Origin: Paragordius varius
Lineage: Eukaryota > Animalia > Nematomorpha
Direction: 5' to 3'
NCBI GenBank assembly: GCA_964247055.1
Contig: OZ176055.1
Location: 2,108,001-2,172,000 of the forward strand
DNA: 64,000 bases
The notes under the pieces were generated by a model, which saw only the letters and a list, made by a program, of their open reading frames with translations, did no database searches and was not told where the DNA came from. Below are positions 29,001 to 41,300 of this stretch, piece by piece (position 1 is the stretch's first letter; every line of letters starts with the position of its first letter). The position numbers and the translations under genes are program-made.

Positions 29001-32000
29001 TTAACAGTTTACATTTATGTTTATCTTTATGATATTTTAATTTTTACTTAGTATTAATTTGGGGAATTTTAAACATTTTAGCTAAAAAGATTTGTAATAC
29101 TCCTCCGGACCTCCATAAATGCCATGATAATAAAAATTCATCCTCATTGCAATTATGGTATTTTGACCGCAAAACATCTGAATGTAAATTTATTGATAAT
29201 CACGATAATATACGGAAAAATACCAACAATGAATGCGACGAAATTAATACTTTGTTGGTTAACCGTTTTGATACACTGGAAAAGTGTCAGAAAGTTTGTA
29301 TGCAATATATACCCAGGTATGATTGAAATTTTTCTGTAAAAAATACGTTTTTAAAGTTTAACATCAAATAATTTCGCTTTATTTATAAATTATTTTATCG
29401 GTAATATACCTTATTTTCAAATTGATATTTGAAATGTATATTATATTACAGTTTGCATGAGTTTTCAAATATATGCCATAGGTGTGAACTCCCCTTGGAC
29501 ACTGGTGAATGTTCTGAAGCTATTACAAGGTTCTACTTTGACCTGAATGATCAATCTTGTCGCACTTTTACTTACACTGGTTGTGGTGGCAATCTTAACA
29601 ATTTTTTGAATTGGAACGATTGTCAAAAATCATGTATGATGGATGACATTTTAAACTTTTTGCTAACATTATATATATATTAAAGTTTTTTGCCAAAATA
29701 TTTACAAAAAAAAATAAATTATTATACAAACTTTTCATACATTTTATTTGGCCATTTAGGTAACATTCATTCAGTTTTACCAAATATTTTTACGACTACA
29801 TCAAGCCCACAAAAAATTACCGCTCTCAAAAGCAGTCCAAGACTTCAAACAATTACGACGCCACAAATTATTGAGTTACAAGAAAAACCATTATCAATCG
29901 GGCCACCGCAACCCTCAATAGTCGATAAAACAACAAAATCAGAATCCGAAAATATTGAGAGCTCTAAGAAAGATTATCAAAGCAATCAAATATTTGCCAA
30001 ATCCTCATCGTGGGTTCAATTGTCACAATCTCAACAAACCACAAATAATGATGGCGAACAAGAGGACACAGAAAATAAGGAACCCTACCCTAAATATTAT
30101 GAACCTAGTCCAAAGGTATCTATTAGTGCGGCCCATATCAAGCATATTAAACCATTTTTAACCTCCTCGGCTCTGGATGGATTCCCTGTTGAAGACGTTG
30201 GAGAAGATTTTGTTGAATCCTCGGAAACAGCTGATCGAGAAAAAACTGGCGGGAAAATGACAGAGGACAAACCAATTACTCCTTTTACCTTTTCCACTTC
30301 AGGTAATCAGAATGAATATCCCCCACATGATTTTAAATCAGATCATGTACCCTTTATAATGGCGCATGGGAGTGTGGATTCATGGTTAGATGATATATTT
30401 TTGTCCCAAAACAGCAATGTTGAAACAACCCCAGTAAGGGAACAATCAAATAGGAAAGAAAATTCAGATCTAAAAACCGTTTTTACCAGCAAAAAGGATG
30501 ACGGTATTGCGTTGGAAGCCGCTAAAATTAATACAGGCAGTGAGAAAAAGGTCATATTCTTCAAACAAACTAGCGATCGAGTAGGCCAAGCATTTATTGA
30601 ACCCTATGATAACGTGGAAGATAAAATTATTACACTTCATAACCCGACTACAGTCATTCAAAGAGAGCAAACTTCAAAAACAAAATCAATGTATTCTTCC
30701 ATTCAATCGAATTCCATGTACCATTCAACAACAAATAATTTAACCGCTAATCTCAAGGTCGGCTCCTATTTTAGGGATGAATTAGTATCTGCTGATCATC
30801 CTGACAAATATTCTGTGTTAACAAAAAAAGTCCCAAAAAATAAAATAATCACCGCTTTTCAAACAAGCGACGAATCATCAAATAGCCACAACAATAACAA
30901 AGAAGTAGTTATTAAAATAGCCACGGCAGAACTTAATGTACCCCCTGAACAAGGGACAAAGCTTGTAAAATTTAATGGTGGTAAACCTAATCGAATAACA
31001 TTTGCTACCAAAAATAATTTTAAGGAAGAACGACTTGACTTAGATTGTAGTACCATTGATGTTAATATCGCTGATTGTGAACAAATTTATGCTTGTTTCC
31101 CACACCATGTATACGTTGAAAAATGCAAGTGTCAACCGTCTCTGGATGATATTAATAATGATAATATGCAAAACACTGGGAAAAATGTTTGGAATTGTAA
31201 AGGTAAGAGTAAAATATTTTTTATCATAAGAACCCTTTCTAAATGCTAAAATATTTGAGGTAACTATGGTTTTCAGATTTGGTTAGGGATTTACACTTAT
31301 AAAATTATTTCATTTTTAATATATATATTTTTGAAAGATATTACAATTCGTAATTTATACCTCAAATTCACTCTGAACAATTCAAATCCCTAATATAATT
31401 TGTGTGTTTTTTAAGATTAAAATTATATTTTTTTAAAAAAATTCGTTTAAAATTAAAATAATACTGAAAAAATAATAAAGTATGTTACAAAGATATATTT
31501 CATGTTAATGATAAATTATATTAGCCCGAAAACGAAAACAAAATTAATTTTTAGGGCGAATTTGAATTGTTTAAAGGTGTAATTAAATTTTAAATGGTGT
31601 ATATGGTTTCTGGCAATTTTGTTTTATTCAAAAATAGGTTTTAATAACTTCACGATTTTTTGCCAGGTAATATAACTAAAATTTTAATTAATTATCAACT
31701 ACTTTGGTTTATCATTTAAACAATATATAATTCTATACTACTAATCTTTAGCACAATCTCAATACGTTATGTATAAACCAGCCAATAGTAAACCAAAACC
31801 CAAAACAACTTCAACAAGTTACCCTGTTAAAACAAGCCAAGTAAAAATTATTTGCTCGAAATCTTCTCTAATTTTTTTTCAAACTGTAATTAAAATTAAC
31901 TATTTTACTTACATATTTTAGACATCCACAATTCTTACGCCAACCCCAGTTGATAATAAATCGAGAAAACAATCTCATAAAAAGTCTAAAACTTTAAAGC

Positions 32001-32356
32001 AAGAAGAACCAACCCCAAATAAACTCGTAAAAAATCAATTTTTAATCCCTGAGGCCAAAATTGTAAATTACACTGCTAAAGCACGGATGAATCTAATTGA
32101 AACGGAGAGTTTAGATACCAGTGTTTCACCCCTACTAAATATCCTACAACAATACAGTAACCGTATAAATCAAGTTAAATCATATCAAACTTATGCGAAT
32201 TATGGACTGGCTGAAAAAGGAAAAACCCTATCTTTAATTGATAAAAGTTATTGATTTTTTTATTTAATTTTACAATTTTTTTGAATAAATTTTTGAGGTT
32301 TTAAGTGCTGAAATCTGAATGTATTTATTTATAAAATATATTCATCCGATAGAAAT

Positions 32357-32399
<43 letters not shown>

Positions 32400-35300
32400 T
32401 ATAATAGGAGACTGTCCTAAAAAATTTGTCATTACCCCGGACGATATTGAACACAGTGATGGCCAACTCGATATAGATTTCGAAAACACTGTATTAAATT
32501 TAATTTAAGTTTTTACGTTAATTTAACCAAATTTAATTTAATTTTTTATAAAATTTCATATAGGTAAAGAAACGATTAAAAGCATCAAGTTACGCAAATT
32601 ACATCATTAGAATGGAACCAGAAACAGAAAAATCCGCATCTTTTGGATATGGGAAAGGCGCTGTACCGAAACTCTCCATTTGTATGAATGATCATTTCCT
32701 TGGAAACTTACAAAATTTAACACAAATCCTTGAGGAGTCCCCTAGGTCGCAAAATAATAGTCCACAACGTAAAAAAGATGTTAGACAATATATGACATTT
32801 GATCAAAAACTTAATCCGAATAACCCTGTGGTGAGATTGCTGTTAAATAGCCAATTAAATAATGCAAAGGAAAACAACGAAACGTTGACACAATTTACGC
32901 AAGAATTTGCGGAACGACTTAAATCCATGTTAGCTAATCAACATCAAAATTCACCCCTAATACATAATGTTAGTGTGCGCCTTATAATAACTAATACAGC
33001 AAATCATGAAACTATATATTACCAGGCAACTTCACCCGTTACACTTCGGACTCGTCTAACTTTTGAATATCCCATTGATTTGGGAAAAACGAATGGCACA
33101 TTGAAGAAATCACGTATTCAAGAACTGATTGAAGCTCTAACTCACACATTACCCTATGAACTTTTAAAAACACCAACAAGTATAAAACCTGAAAATACTT
33201 TAATTACTTCAACGACCTTAAGCTCAAACTCTTTCCAAAGTACAACAATCGATAATTCGATTAAAACTACTGAAGATAAATTTGATGAAAAGGTGTACAT
33301 AACTCCAGCGTCTCATTTTAATTACAATGAGCTAGTGGCTAGAAAACAGCCTGATACTAATGGTATTTTACTAATCTTTTTTTGGTTGTAGACCTTTTAA
33401 AAGGGTTATTTATTAATTGGCGTTTTATGAATATATTACCAAATGATTGCGTCTATATTGGTAAAATAGTTGAATTATATGAATGATTGATTTTTATAAT
33501 CATGACAGATGGTTTGATTCAAAGTTTTGTCTTTGAAACATATTTCAAGAAGCATACCCTGAGCTTACTACAAGCTCAAGGAATGTCAGTGGAAGAAATT
33601 ACCCAAAACCTAACGAATCTCGTAACTTATGAGGTAATAATTTATAATTTTAAATAATTTATAATTTGACTCCCCAAAATTATCAAAATAATGAGAGATT
33701 TGCTTTATGTAATGTTTAAAATATTTTTCAAAAGCAAAGATTAGGGTAGGATTAAATATACTAGTTTCGGGACTCAAAATGTAGTTCCGTTCGAAATAAA
33801 AAGTTTATAAGCATTATTAAGTAATAAAATGTATGTATAAAATTTAGATTAACCATATTATAACGGCGCTGGATTTGAATGAATACTTGATTGATTTAAT
33901 GGTTGAACCTATGGGCCTAGAACTTCAAACCCAATATTATTATCCGCTAAGAAAAGATGACATAAAAAGTGATTACTCTAGCAGCTCAGAAGAGCTACAA
34001 AAACTGATTTGGCCCGCATTTAATGCGGAAAGCTTTATTTTTGCACCCTTCAGAGTGCAAATTACATGGGATAAGGCATTAATTCAAGACAATGAGGGTG
34101 TTTACAGTTATAGCGGTTCATTTGATATTATAATATCACAAAAAGATGAGAAGGTTTTGTGCGGCGTACGAAATCAAGTTAATGAATATTTGAAAGAACA
34201 TAACTATGTACCGATTTTGTCGTCCACCGCTCTGGTTATCCCGGCAAAACCCATAGGTTAATATATAAATATGATTTTATCATTTATTTTATGCCAGGGG
34301 TGCGCAACAGGCGGCCCCTTGAGATGTTTTGTTTAGGGTGAAAATTTTAAAAATGTCCCAATAAAATGAATTATGAATCAATTGTCATTTTTATATCAAT
34401 AATTTAATTGATTTATCTTAACTCTATTTGAATAATTAGTCTTTTCCATTCCATTTTTCAAAAAAACAACATTCTTTCAAGCAAACCCAACATTTTTCAT
34501 GCAAACGCACATTTTACATCAAGTGCAACATATCAAGCAAAAACAACTGAAAAAATGTTGCGTTGTGTTGAAAAAATGCTTTCGACTGAAAAATGGTAGA
34601 GCGAAAATTGGTAAATGGTGGGTGACTCTACTGTGGTGTAGTTTATGTTTGAAATATAATAATATATTTATGAACGACCATATATTTCTTGAATGCGGCC
34701 CGCAAGCCAGTTATAGCCCTCCCCCCACCTTGTTTTCTTACATATACCAATTTTCTGTATTTTTAGGCTCTCTAAATTACCAAATTGAACTAAAACTTGG
34801 TTATGATGGACCACTGTCCGAACCATATACAGCAACAAAATTGGTTAAACTCAATCCTCAATCCACCGATTTTAAGCTCATACAAAGGCAGTTAGATGAA
34901 GGGGTAATTCTTGTAATATGCTTTTTAAAATGGCTCTTTGATTTATTTTGAAAATCGTGCTAAAAAAATATTTTTTACACTAAAAGTTTAAAATGTAATA
35001 TTTTTCCTCTATTTTTAACTAGCTGTACCAATTATACTATCCCGAGCAAATGGATGTTGATGGTGCATCAAATCATTTTGCTAAGAAAGATTTTTGTTTC
35101 GTTCGCACAAAAAATCAGGATAAAAATGAAAATGCTCCTAAAATTAAATATTCACCCTACCTGGGTAATCGCTTAAACAGTGTCGGAATCATAAATGAAA
35201 ATTTTAGCGACAATAACGTCAATAATAGATTTGAATTGGTCTTAAACGTGAGTCTATTTATGAATGTTACCAGTTCTTTTGCAGTCGATGCACAAAAAAT

Positions 35301-35600
35301 GCTTGTTGCCGATTTACATCAAAGAACACATGATCAAGGTTTCAATGGTTACCTAGGCGACACAAACTTACGATTCCCAAAACTTTTAACAAACCTCACC
35401 ACAAATAACGAAAATGAGAATAAAACTGGGAATAATGACCCTTTAACAAAAATAGGGAATCAAAATTTGCAACAATATAATGTTTACAATGCATTCTTTA
35501 AAAATTTGGACCAAAATTTAGGTAACTTTCTTTATTTTTGCGATATCTTTTCCTTTTTAGATAATTATTTTTAGACAAATCATGTAGTAGTATAATCTAG
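1516..35600 (+). CDS. Gene 1: giant multi-exon, probably secreted LDLa/SEA/EGF/Kunitz mucin-like modular protein (~59 exons, ~4,800 aa by manual assembly)
   Basis: Exon 1 (1516-1555, MRLNTIQLFILLY) splices in phase 1 to 3043 (VIQFHRNLLIETA), giving a signal-peptide-like N-terminus. A phase-consistent GT-AG exon chain continues through 3043-3612, 5511-5615, 5987-6088, 6626-6730, 7440-7967, 8099-8208, 8674-8850, 9480-10038, 10711-10847, 11640-11780, 12314-12866, then further exons including 19261-19957, 20570-20694, 20975-21617, 22160-22908, 24760-24914, 29082-29316, 29482-29633, 29760-31202, 32564-33361 and 35023-35521. The putative last exon is 35575-35600 (DKSCSSII*). The start and the terminal exon are inferred. 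Confidence 0.85.
3504..6730 (+). CDS. Four LDL-receptor class A-like modules of gene 1 (end of exon 2 plus three symmetric phase-1 exons)
   Basis: Translations: KPCDNINQIKCPKNDHCMLWAQIQDGVKDCPDGSDE; ECHSYQFDCGWGFPRCLLENQVNDTIVDCQGGSDE (5511-5615); GCGWNDFICYDRKKCIPVNKYHDGIEDCIDGSDE (5987-6088); ICLTNQYQCTYPKICIPKQKVNDGNNDCPDGSDEN (6626-6730). All carry the acidic D-C-x-x-G-S-D-E signature of LDLa. Confidence 0.9.
3645..3910. mobile_element. hAT (Buster/Charlie-type) non-autonomous MITE, 266 bp
   Basis: Left TIR CAGGGGTGTCCAAC and right end GTTGGACAACCATG match at 12/14. The 8-bp flanks TTCTAAAT and TTATAAAT (7/8, nnnTAnnn) fit a hAT target-site duplication. Confidence 0.85.
7026..7293. mobile_element. 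MITE family A copy (TA|CCATTT...AAATGG|TA, subterminal TTCAAATTCACCCT repeats)
   Basis: Imperfect ~50-bp TIRs and an internal sequence shared with the other family A copies, in opposite orientation to 14478, 16904 and 18900. Confidence 0.8.
7969..8040. repeat. (TA)n microsatellite, ~36 units
   Basis: A pure TA run starting at position +2 of the donor G|T at 7968. Confidence 0.97.
8862..9130. mobile_element. MITE family B copy
   Basis: ~70-bp imperfect TIRs: TATACGGACAAAAC...AAAGACAACCATAC and GTATGGTTGTC...CGTTTTGTCCGTATAA. Confidence 0.82.
10451..10699. mobile_element. MITE family B copy (Tc1/mariner-type: TA|CAGT...ACTG|TA)
   Basis: TA-flanked termini CAGTAAAAATTGAAATTATACGGACAAAAC ... 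CGTTTTGTCCGTAAAATATTACTG. The element ends 11 nt before a splice acceptor. Confidence 0.82.
11315..11523. repeat. Fold-back inverted repeat (~80-bp arms), probable MITE
   Basis: ATGTATCCTTTATTTTATCAAAAA...GGTATAAATATTTG...GGAAAAAACAAGA pairs with TCTTGTTTTTTCC...CAAATATTTATACC...TTTTTGATAAAATAAAGGATACAT. Confidence 0.85.
14478..14760. mobile_element. MITE family A copy
   Basis: Left end TATACCATTTACAGTTCAAACC, right end GGGTGAATTTGAATTTTGTAAATGATATAT, and the shared core AAATTAAAATAATAC...AACTATGCCATAAA. Confidence 0.82.
16904..17144. mobile_element. MITE family A copy
   Basis: Left end CCATTTACAGTTCAAATTCGCCCTC and right end GGGTGAATTTGAATTG...GTAAATGGTATAT. Confidence 0.82.
17616..17885. 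mobile_element. MITE family B copy
   Basis: AAAAATTGAAATTATACGGACAAAA at the left and TTTTGCCCGTATAATTTCAGTTTT at the right. Confidence 0.8.
18900..19190. mobile_element. MITE family A copy
   Basis: TATACCATTTAC at the left, three GGTGAATTTG repeats at the right, ending TAAATGGTATA. Confidence 0.85.
20042..20280. mobile_element. MITE family A copy (degenerate)
   Basis: ATATACCATTCACC...AAACAATTCGAATTTACC at the left, AGGGTGAATTTGAATT at the right, core ATGGCATAGTTTAT. Confidence 0.7.
20570..21060 (+). CDS. Clearest SEA domain of gene 1 (three exons)
   Basis: AKQFSILLRISRYYKAPMIYTPEYRNPKSQQYLDLKALAEKG|IDVAFKLSNISSYYIASEV...SILINFTANF. This matches the SEA pattern: beta-strand, Y/F-x-x-x-Y-x-N-P-x-S, long helix, then a V/I-N-F strand. 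Confidence 0.85.
23270..23432 (+). mobile_element. 3'-terminal fragment of the same Helentron-like family, in a gene 1 intron
   Basis: GGGGTGGGCCCGAAC...CCGGAAACAGATCACAAAGCCAGCATTTTCCATTTTTATAAATATATAGAT is the reverse complement of 61805-61965. Confidence 0.85.
23620..23875. mobile_element. MITE family B copy (degenerate)
   Basis: CAGACAAAACGTAAAAAC...GACAACCATA at the left and AAGTATGGTGGC...TTTGTCTTTAT at the right. Confidence 0.7.
24760..24914 (+). CDS. EGF-like exon of gene 1 (absent from the ORF track)
   Basis: PNEQAQPCSYEEALNCALNKELCKIINERPVCLCRLGFSKPHNDSITGPCI has six Cys with a C-x-C-x-x-G-F motif and AG/GT boundaries. Confidence 0.85.
26736..27025. mobile_element. MITE family B copy
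   Basis: AAAATTATATGGACAAAA at the left and ATGGTTGTC...TACGTTTTGTCCGTATAATTTCAATTTT at the right. Confidence 0.78.
29082..29316 (+). CDS. Divergent Kunitz/BPTI-like domain exon of gene 1
   Basis: ICNTPPDLHKC...LWYFDRKTSECKF...EC...NRFDTLEKCQKVC has six Cys and the Kunitz WYFD and NRF-x-T-x-x-x-C-x-x-x-C motifs, with insertions. Confidence 0.75.
29482..29761 (+). CDS. Canonical Kunitz/BPTI domain of gene 1
   Basis: RCELPLDTGECSEAITRFYFDLNDQSCRTFTYTGCGGNLNNFLNWNDCQKS|C. The exon is 29482-29633 and the last Cys codon (T|GT) is completed at 29760-29761. Confidence 0.93.
31338..31602. mobile_element. MITE family A copy (degenerate)
   Basis: CAAATTCACTCTGAACAATTCAAAT at the left, core AAATTAAAATAATACTGAAAA, and GGGCGAATTTGAATTGTT...AAATGGTGTA at the right. 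Confidence 0.72.
32361..32402. repeat. (TA)n microsatellite
   Basis: A TA run ending just upstream of the acceptor near 32408. Confidence 0.93.
34295..34732. mobile_element. Degenerate hAT (Charlie-type) MITE
   Basis: The left end is CAGGGGTGCGCAACAGGCGGCCC, the subterminal GCGGCCCGC recurs near 34695, and the left flank TTTTATGC fits nnnTAnnn. The right TIR is eroded. Confidence 0.55.
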
Positions 35601-36019
35601 GTTTTTTTTCTATTATATACTTTGTCTCATATTTATGTATTTCGTGGCAATATAATATAAAACTATATATTATTTTATAAAAATTTTAATTGCTTTTAAT
35701 TAATTAATTAATAAATCATTCATTTTTTTGGAATTTCTAATACTATTACATATTGTAAAAGGATAAACCATGTAGGTATATATTTATTGACCCAAAAAAG
35801 TGTTGATATAGTTTTATGAAACAAAAAAACCATATATTTTTATCGATAAACACATATTATTAAGATTAATAATGTTGGGTGGTTAATTACTTTTTTTGTT
35901 AATGATTTAGCCTGTACATATTAAAATAACGGCAAAAAGTATAATTCATTAAAACATTATCTTAAAACTTATCATATCAATTTACATGAGTAGTTTTATT
36001 TTTTTTATAAAAAGATTAT

Positions 36020-36182
36020 TATATATATATATATATATATTTATATGTAATAAAAATATTTTTTAATTCACAATTTAGTGTTAATAAAAAAATTATATTT
36101 TTGATTAAAATATAATTTTAAATTGCAAGCTCTCTCTTTTTTTTCGTGACAAATTAAAGTATTTATTTTATTTCAAATTATT

Positions 36183-36238
<56 letters not shown>

Positions 36239-36669
36239 ACTTTTTTAATAGGTTATGTAAATAATATTATAGAATAGATAAATGGACAGACCACATTTAA
36301 ATATTTAATTTTGAAATTCCTAAAAACTAAATTTATTATCCTGATCAAGTTTTAATATTATCATTAAACTCGCGCTAATAAATCATATCTATCATAAGTT
36401 TAGTAAAATTTGTACTTGATAAATTTTAAGTACAAAACATAAGTTTTAATATTTTTTAACCAGTGTCAATAAAAATATTTTCCATCGTGTTAAAAATTAT
36501 ATTAATTTTAGTTTTTACATTTTTTGATAAAAAAATGAGTTGTTTTTGAAAACTGCTGACTTTCTACTTTATTGAAATAAAAAACCAATCGCAAAAAGTC
36601 AAATTTATTATATTTTTTTTCGTGTAATTTATTGACCTGTTAATAAAATTAAAATTTTGATTTTATTTT

Positions 36670-36709
<40 letters not shown>

Positions 36710-36873
36710 TTTTTTTATTATTGAATAGCAGTGTGCATGTCTATTCATGCGCGTGAGACAAAATTAATTTTATGATTCATATAAAAAATTAATGTTATTA
36801 TATCAACAATTACAGGTAGGCATAATGTTAATTTTAATACTCTTTAAATGAGAAAGGGTTGTTTAACCTTATT

Positions 36874-36922
<49 letters not shown>
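36020..36922. repeat. Cluster of four (TA)n tracts in the intergenic spacer
   Basis: Tracts at ~36020-36046, ~36187-36234, ~36673-36702 and ~36878-36922. Confidence 0.95.
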
Positions 36923-36924
<2 letters not shown>

Positions 36925-38354
36925 ATTATTATATAATTAAAATTGAAAGTTTATTATATTTATATTCCAAAAATCTTGACATTATTTAAATGTGATATCT
37001 AAAATTAAGTTGGAATGATATATTAAATTGGAATGAACCCCATTTTTGATGTATGTTATAAAATAAAATTGTTTTTTTTTAATTTTAAACTTTTTTTTTA
37101 CTACTATTGTTTAATTTGTGTTTATGGTTTTTTACCTGTGTTTTATTTTGATAATACTTTTCAGGAATATATCTTATTGTTCTTTTAGTTGTTTTAATAT
37201 CGAAAATACATACATATATATTGTTACATCTATAATTAAGTCGACAAAACTGAAAAACAGTATAATATAAAACAAATAAAAAAAAGTTTATTTAAAATTA
37301 TATGAAAGAAAATATCTACTAACTAAATTCTTATTTTATTTAATTTTTTATGATTAAATTTTAATTAAATATCTAAGAAAGTGTATAAAACAAAAAGACA
37401 TAATAAATATTATAATCAATTATCATCACATAAATAGAGTAGCGTATGATATAGGATAAAATTTATCCATAATTAAAAACACAAAGTCAATGTTAAAACA
37501 TTGAGGATAAAGCTGTTTAAATCCAATCATTTGTCATTTATTTCTATACCTTACTGTATAAGGAAGTGTTTATTCGTCGCATAAGAGAATATACAATTGT
37601 GATTCTTATAAAGTTAGTAGAGTGAATTGTCTTGAAATCACAATTTTTTTAATACCTTTTTTTATCAATCAAAAGAGAATATGCTTGTGCTTTCTTTATC
37701 TTTTATAAATTATTGCTGAGAAAAAAATATTACTATATATCTGTACACTGATTTAGTCATCAAAAAAATATTAATTTTTTTATTTTTTTTATTTTTTACC
37801 TGTTTTGTGTGAGGAGTATATATTTGAGATTTTTTATTATGGCATCGATGCGCAATTCTCCATTCTTATGAAATTAATAATATAAATTTTTTTCACCATT
37901 ATAAAGATATTGTATTGCATATACATACACCTTGTTTTTTAATATGCAATATTAATAATTTAGTATTAAGATTAACCATATATCTACACTTTTAAACACA
38001 AATTTTTCCTTTAGAATTTCTCTTGTCATTGAATTAGAGATCTAAAAATATGTGACATTTTTTTTCTCGAAAAAATATGCCGTCCTGACAATTTTTTGAT
38101 AATAATTTTGGAGAAAGATGTAATTTACCTTAAAATTATTTTCCATAGCATCATCTAATGTTTATTTGAACATATCGGACGACAGCCTTTCTTATATATC
38201 ACTTATTAAATTCCTAGTCGATTTCAAAACTATATCCTTCGTTTTTTATTTATGTATAGTCAATTCATAATTATCAAAAACATTCTCATCATAACATTTG
38301 TAAAGTATCTCAAACAAAAAATTCTCACACAAAAAAATCAAAATTTCTTTTTTA

Positions 38355-41300
38355 ATGTATAAGGCCAATTTGGTGGTTCTTTTTACATCATCACTGTTGA
38401 TATATGTTTTGATACAAATTTCCCCAAATTTTATATGTTCTGTGGCTGGTCAGGAATCGTTTTCTCGTAACAATCAAAATAATTTGTTAAATCAAAATTC
38501 GTATTATGCCCAAAGGTTAAAACGGCCCTCAGCTAAGGATTATGCCCGTTTACAACGGAACCCTGAAAAATTTAACATTTTAACTGAAAACTTTCCCCAT
38601 AAAAATGCCAATAATAAACGACATGATCAAAATAGTAATGCAAATGCAAATGAAAATCAATATAATTTTCAATCTAATAAACCTTATTTAGAATATCCGG
38701 CTCCAACCACCACAACTCTAGCTAATACCGACGAAGATTTAGTATTGCGACAATCGCTTGAAATCCCAGTCTATAGTTTAGCAAATCAACTTGTCACCTA
38801 CACGAGATCATTGAATGACCCCAAAAGACCGGAATATCAAACCCTGAATCGCAATGTGAAACATTATGTAAGTTTTGTTTTAAACATGATAATTTGAATT
38901 TTTGAGGTGTTATTTGGAATATATGATATATACTAATTGTTTAAAAACTCAAAATGTTAGATCTTTAAAACGCAATTTTGAAATAAAACTATCCAAAATT
39001 ATATATAATGGCACGCAAATATATTCAATATATTTTTTCACCGTTTAGCTAAATGATATATTCCGTGCATCACCGCTAAAACAAATTTACCGAGGTGTAG
39101 AGGTAGATCGGGTAACACCCAATTTTGCCCTTCGCAGGGGCGTAGTTATAAAATACACGGTCCTTTTAGACCGCCCCCATGATTATCCTTTGGAAACAAC
39201 TCAGGGTGATAATCATAACAATAATAATGGACAAAACCATGCAAAAACTGAAACGAATAGAAATCATTTACAAAGTGTCTTGCGCGATTTAACGCAACAA
39301 ATTATCGATGATCAATTTTTATCGGTCAATCCTGATTCTGAGAGCAACAATATAAATGAAAACAATGGGATTGAATGTACGAAAAATGGTAAAATTTGTC
39401 GGTTTTACCAGCAAAAACGTCCACAAAATCAAATGCTAGATCAAAAACTTCATACAAAAGGAAATTTGGAAAACAATGTGCCTAAACCAAATTTAAAAAA
39501 GCAAATAAATGACATTTATTTAAATGAAAGTTCTCCTACAACTGATATCTTTCACACAAATAATAAACAACCAGCAGCCCAAGATGATATAACACAAAGT
39601 CATACAGTTGCGAATGGTAAATTTATGAATGAATTTTTATATTTTGGTTTTTAAGATTATATTTTTATAAATGGTTTCATTAATGATTATTTTACGGAAT
39701 TTCATTGCTTTTGATTTGTCAAATTCGCTGACATTAGAAAAATCACTCTTTGACTGAAAATATTTTCTGATTTTGATTCCATTTATTTCAAATAATTGTA
39801 CTTACGGTTTCTTTTTTTCAATTCATTTTTCTATACATTGTAATTAGCATAATATAAGAATACAAAAAAGGATCTAGTATCATTTTAAAATGGACCAATT
39901 TAAAAATTAGACCGATTATAACCCAGATCTGATAAGATCGGATTGGAATCGTTTTTGATTTAAAACGAAATGCATATATTTCCAGTTCAGGTCACCCTAA
40001 CTAAAAACCTTTTCTACCAAAATTTTAGAGATATAATTATTTGTAATATACATATATATATATAGAACATCCAATCCACTTAAACATTACCTTGTTTAAG
40101 ATGGGTTCAACCAATGTACCCCTCTATTGGGATCATGAATATAATAATGTAAACGGATTCTTATCCCGCATAGTCATTGACGCAACTCACAAATGGGTAA
40201 GCTTTTACTTGCACTTGATTTATTGAAAATTTTTAACAATTTCAAGTTTTTTTACAATCATTTTTTCCAAATAGTTGGATAAAATATTCCGTGAAGCACC
40301 AGAGTTACAATCAACTTACACGGGACTTGAAATAAATCAACTCAGTCCGTATCGAGATGAAGTGAGTGAACAAACTTACATAAACTTTCATGTAACGGTT
40401 TACACTATTGGCCTCCAAAATAAGGAATTAATGCAGGAACATCATCAACAACAACAACAACAACATAGAGGTTCTGATAATATTAATGATTATTCATATG
40501 GCGAAGTTTTACCCCATACAGTTCAACAAGATTTGTTAAAAGTCCTGTACAACATTGTGCACAGAAATGTGGCTGAGAATCAACCAATTGCTTTTGCAAA
40601 AAGTAATTATTATCAAAATGACCATTTGATTGCAACTCAAACTCAACAACCAGTCATAAGTACGAGGGCAACTGATATCCAATACTTTGAAACAACACAA
40701 GACCCCTGGCTACCGGCCCCTCAGTACATTTGGAATGAACAAGGAAATAATATTTCATTTTCCATACAGAATCGCATGAAAATTGACGTTAATCCCATGG
40801 CTACACCCGAAAAAGTTTTACGTGTCCATATTCAATCGCCATCAAGGACCACAACCACGTCATTTGATTTAAACACAAACAGTATTGGAGGAGACAGCAA
40901 TAGGGATTCGAAAAGCTTAGTATCAGATGGTCCAGGAAAACGGCTATTCCATTACTTTATAACTAAGCACCCAATCTCTGAACAATACCATATCATAACC
41001 TCTGACCCATACTTTAATGCCACAACCCTTATGAATAGCAGCGAAGGAGACACGTCGTCGCAAGATAGACTCGATGATGATAAGGAAATTAAAAACTACC
41101 AAAATTCTCAATATTTTTCACCTGCTTCAGAGCCAATTACTCCTCCCACGGCTGCAGATATTTTGCATTCAACTTCCCATGCTTTTGTCCTTTCTAGGCC
41201 CTTGAATAAACCGAAATCGCCGGGCGCAGTATATCATCACACCGATGGTGATCTGCAAGAATACCTTATAATGCTTAATATACTTAGACGTGGGAATGAA

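Noticed and set aside
35521-38460. Genes 1 and 2 as one continuous ~8,600 aa gene
   Set aside because: The gene 1 donor at 35522 is phase 1, while the obvious AGs in the first exon of gene 2 (38363 and ~38453) are phase 0, and gene 2 has its own ATG and signal peptide. Splicing to a later exon cannot be excluded without long reads.
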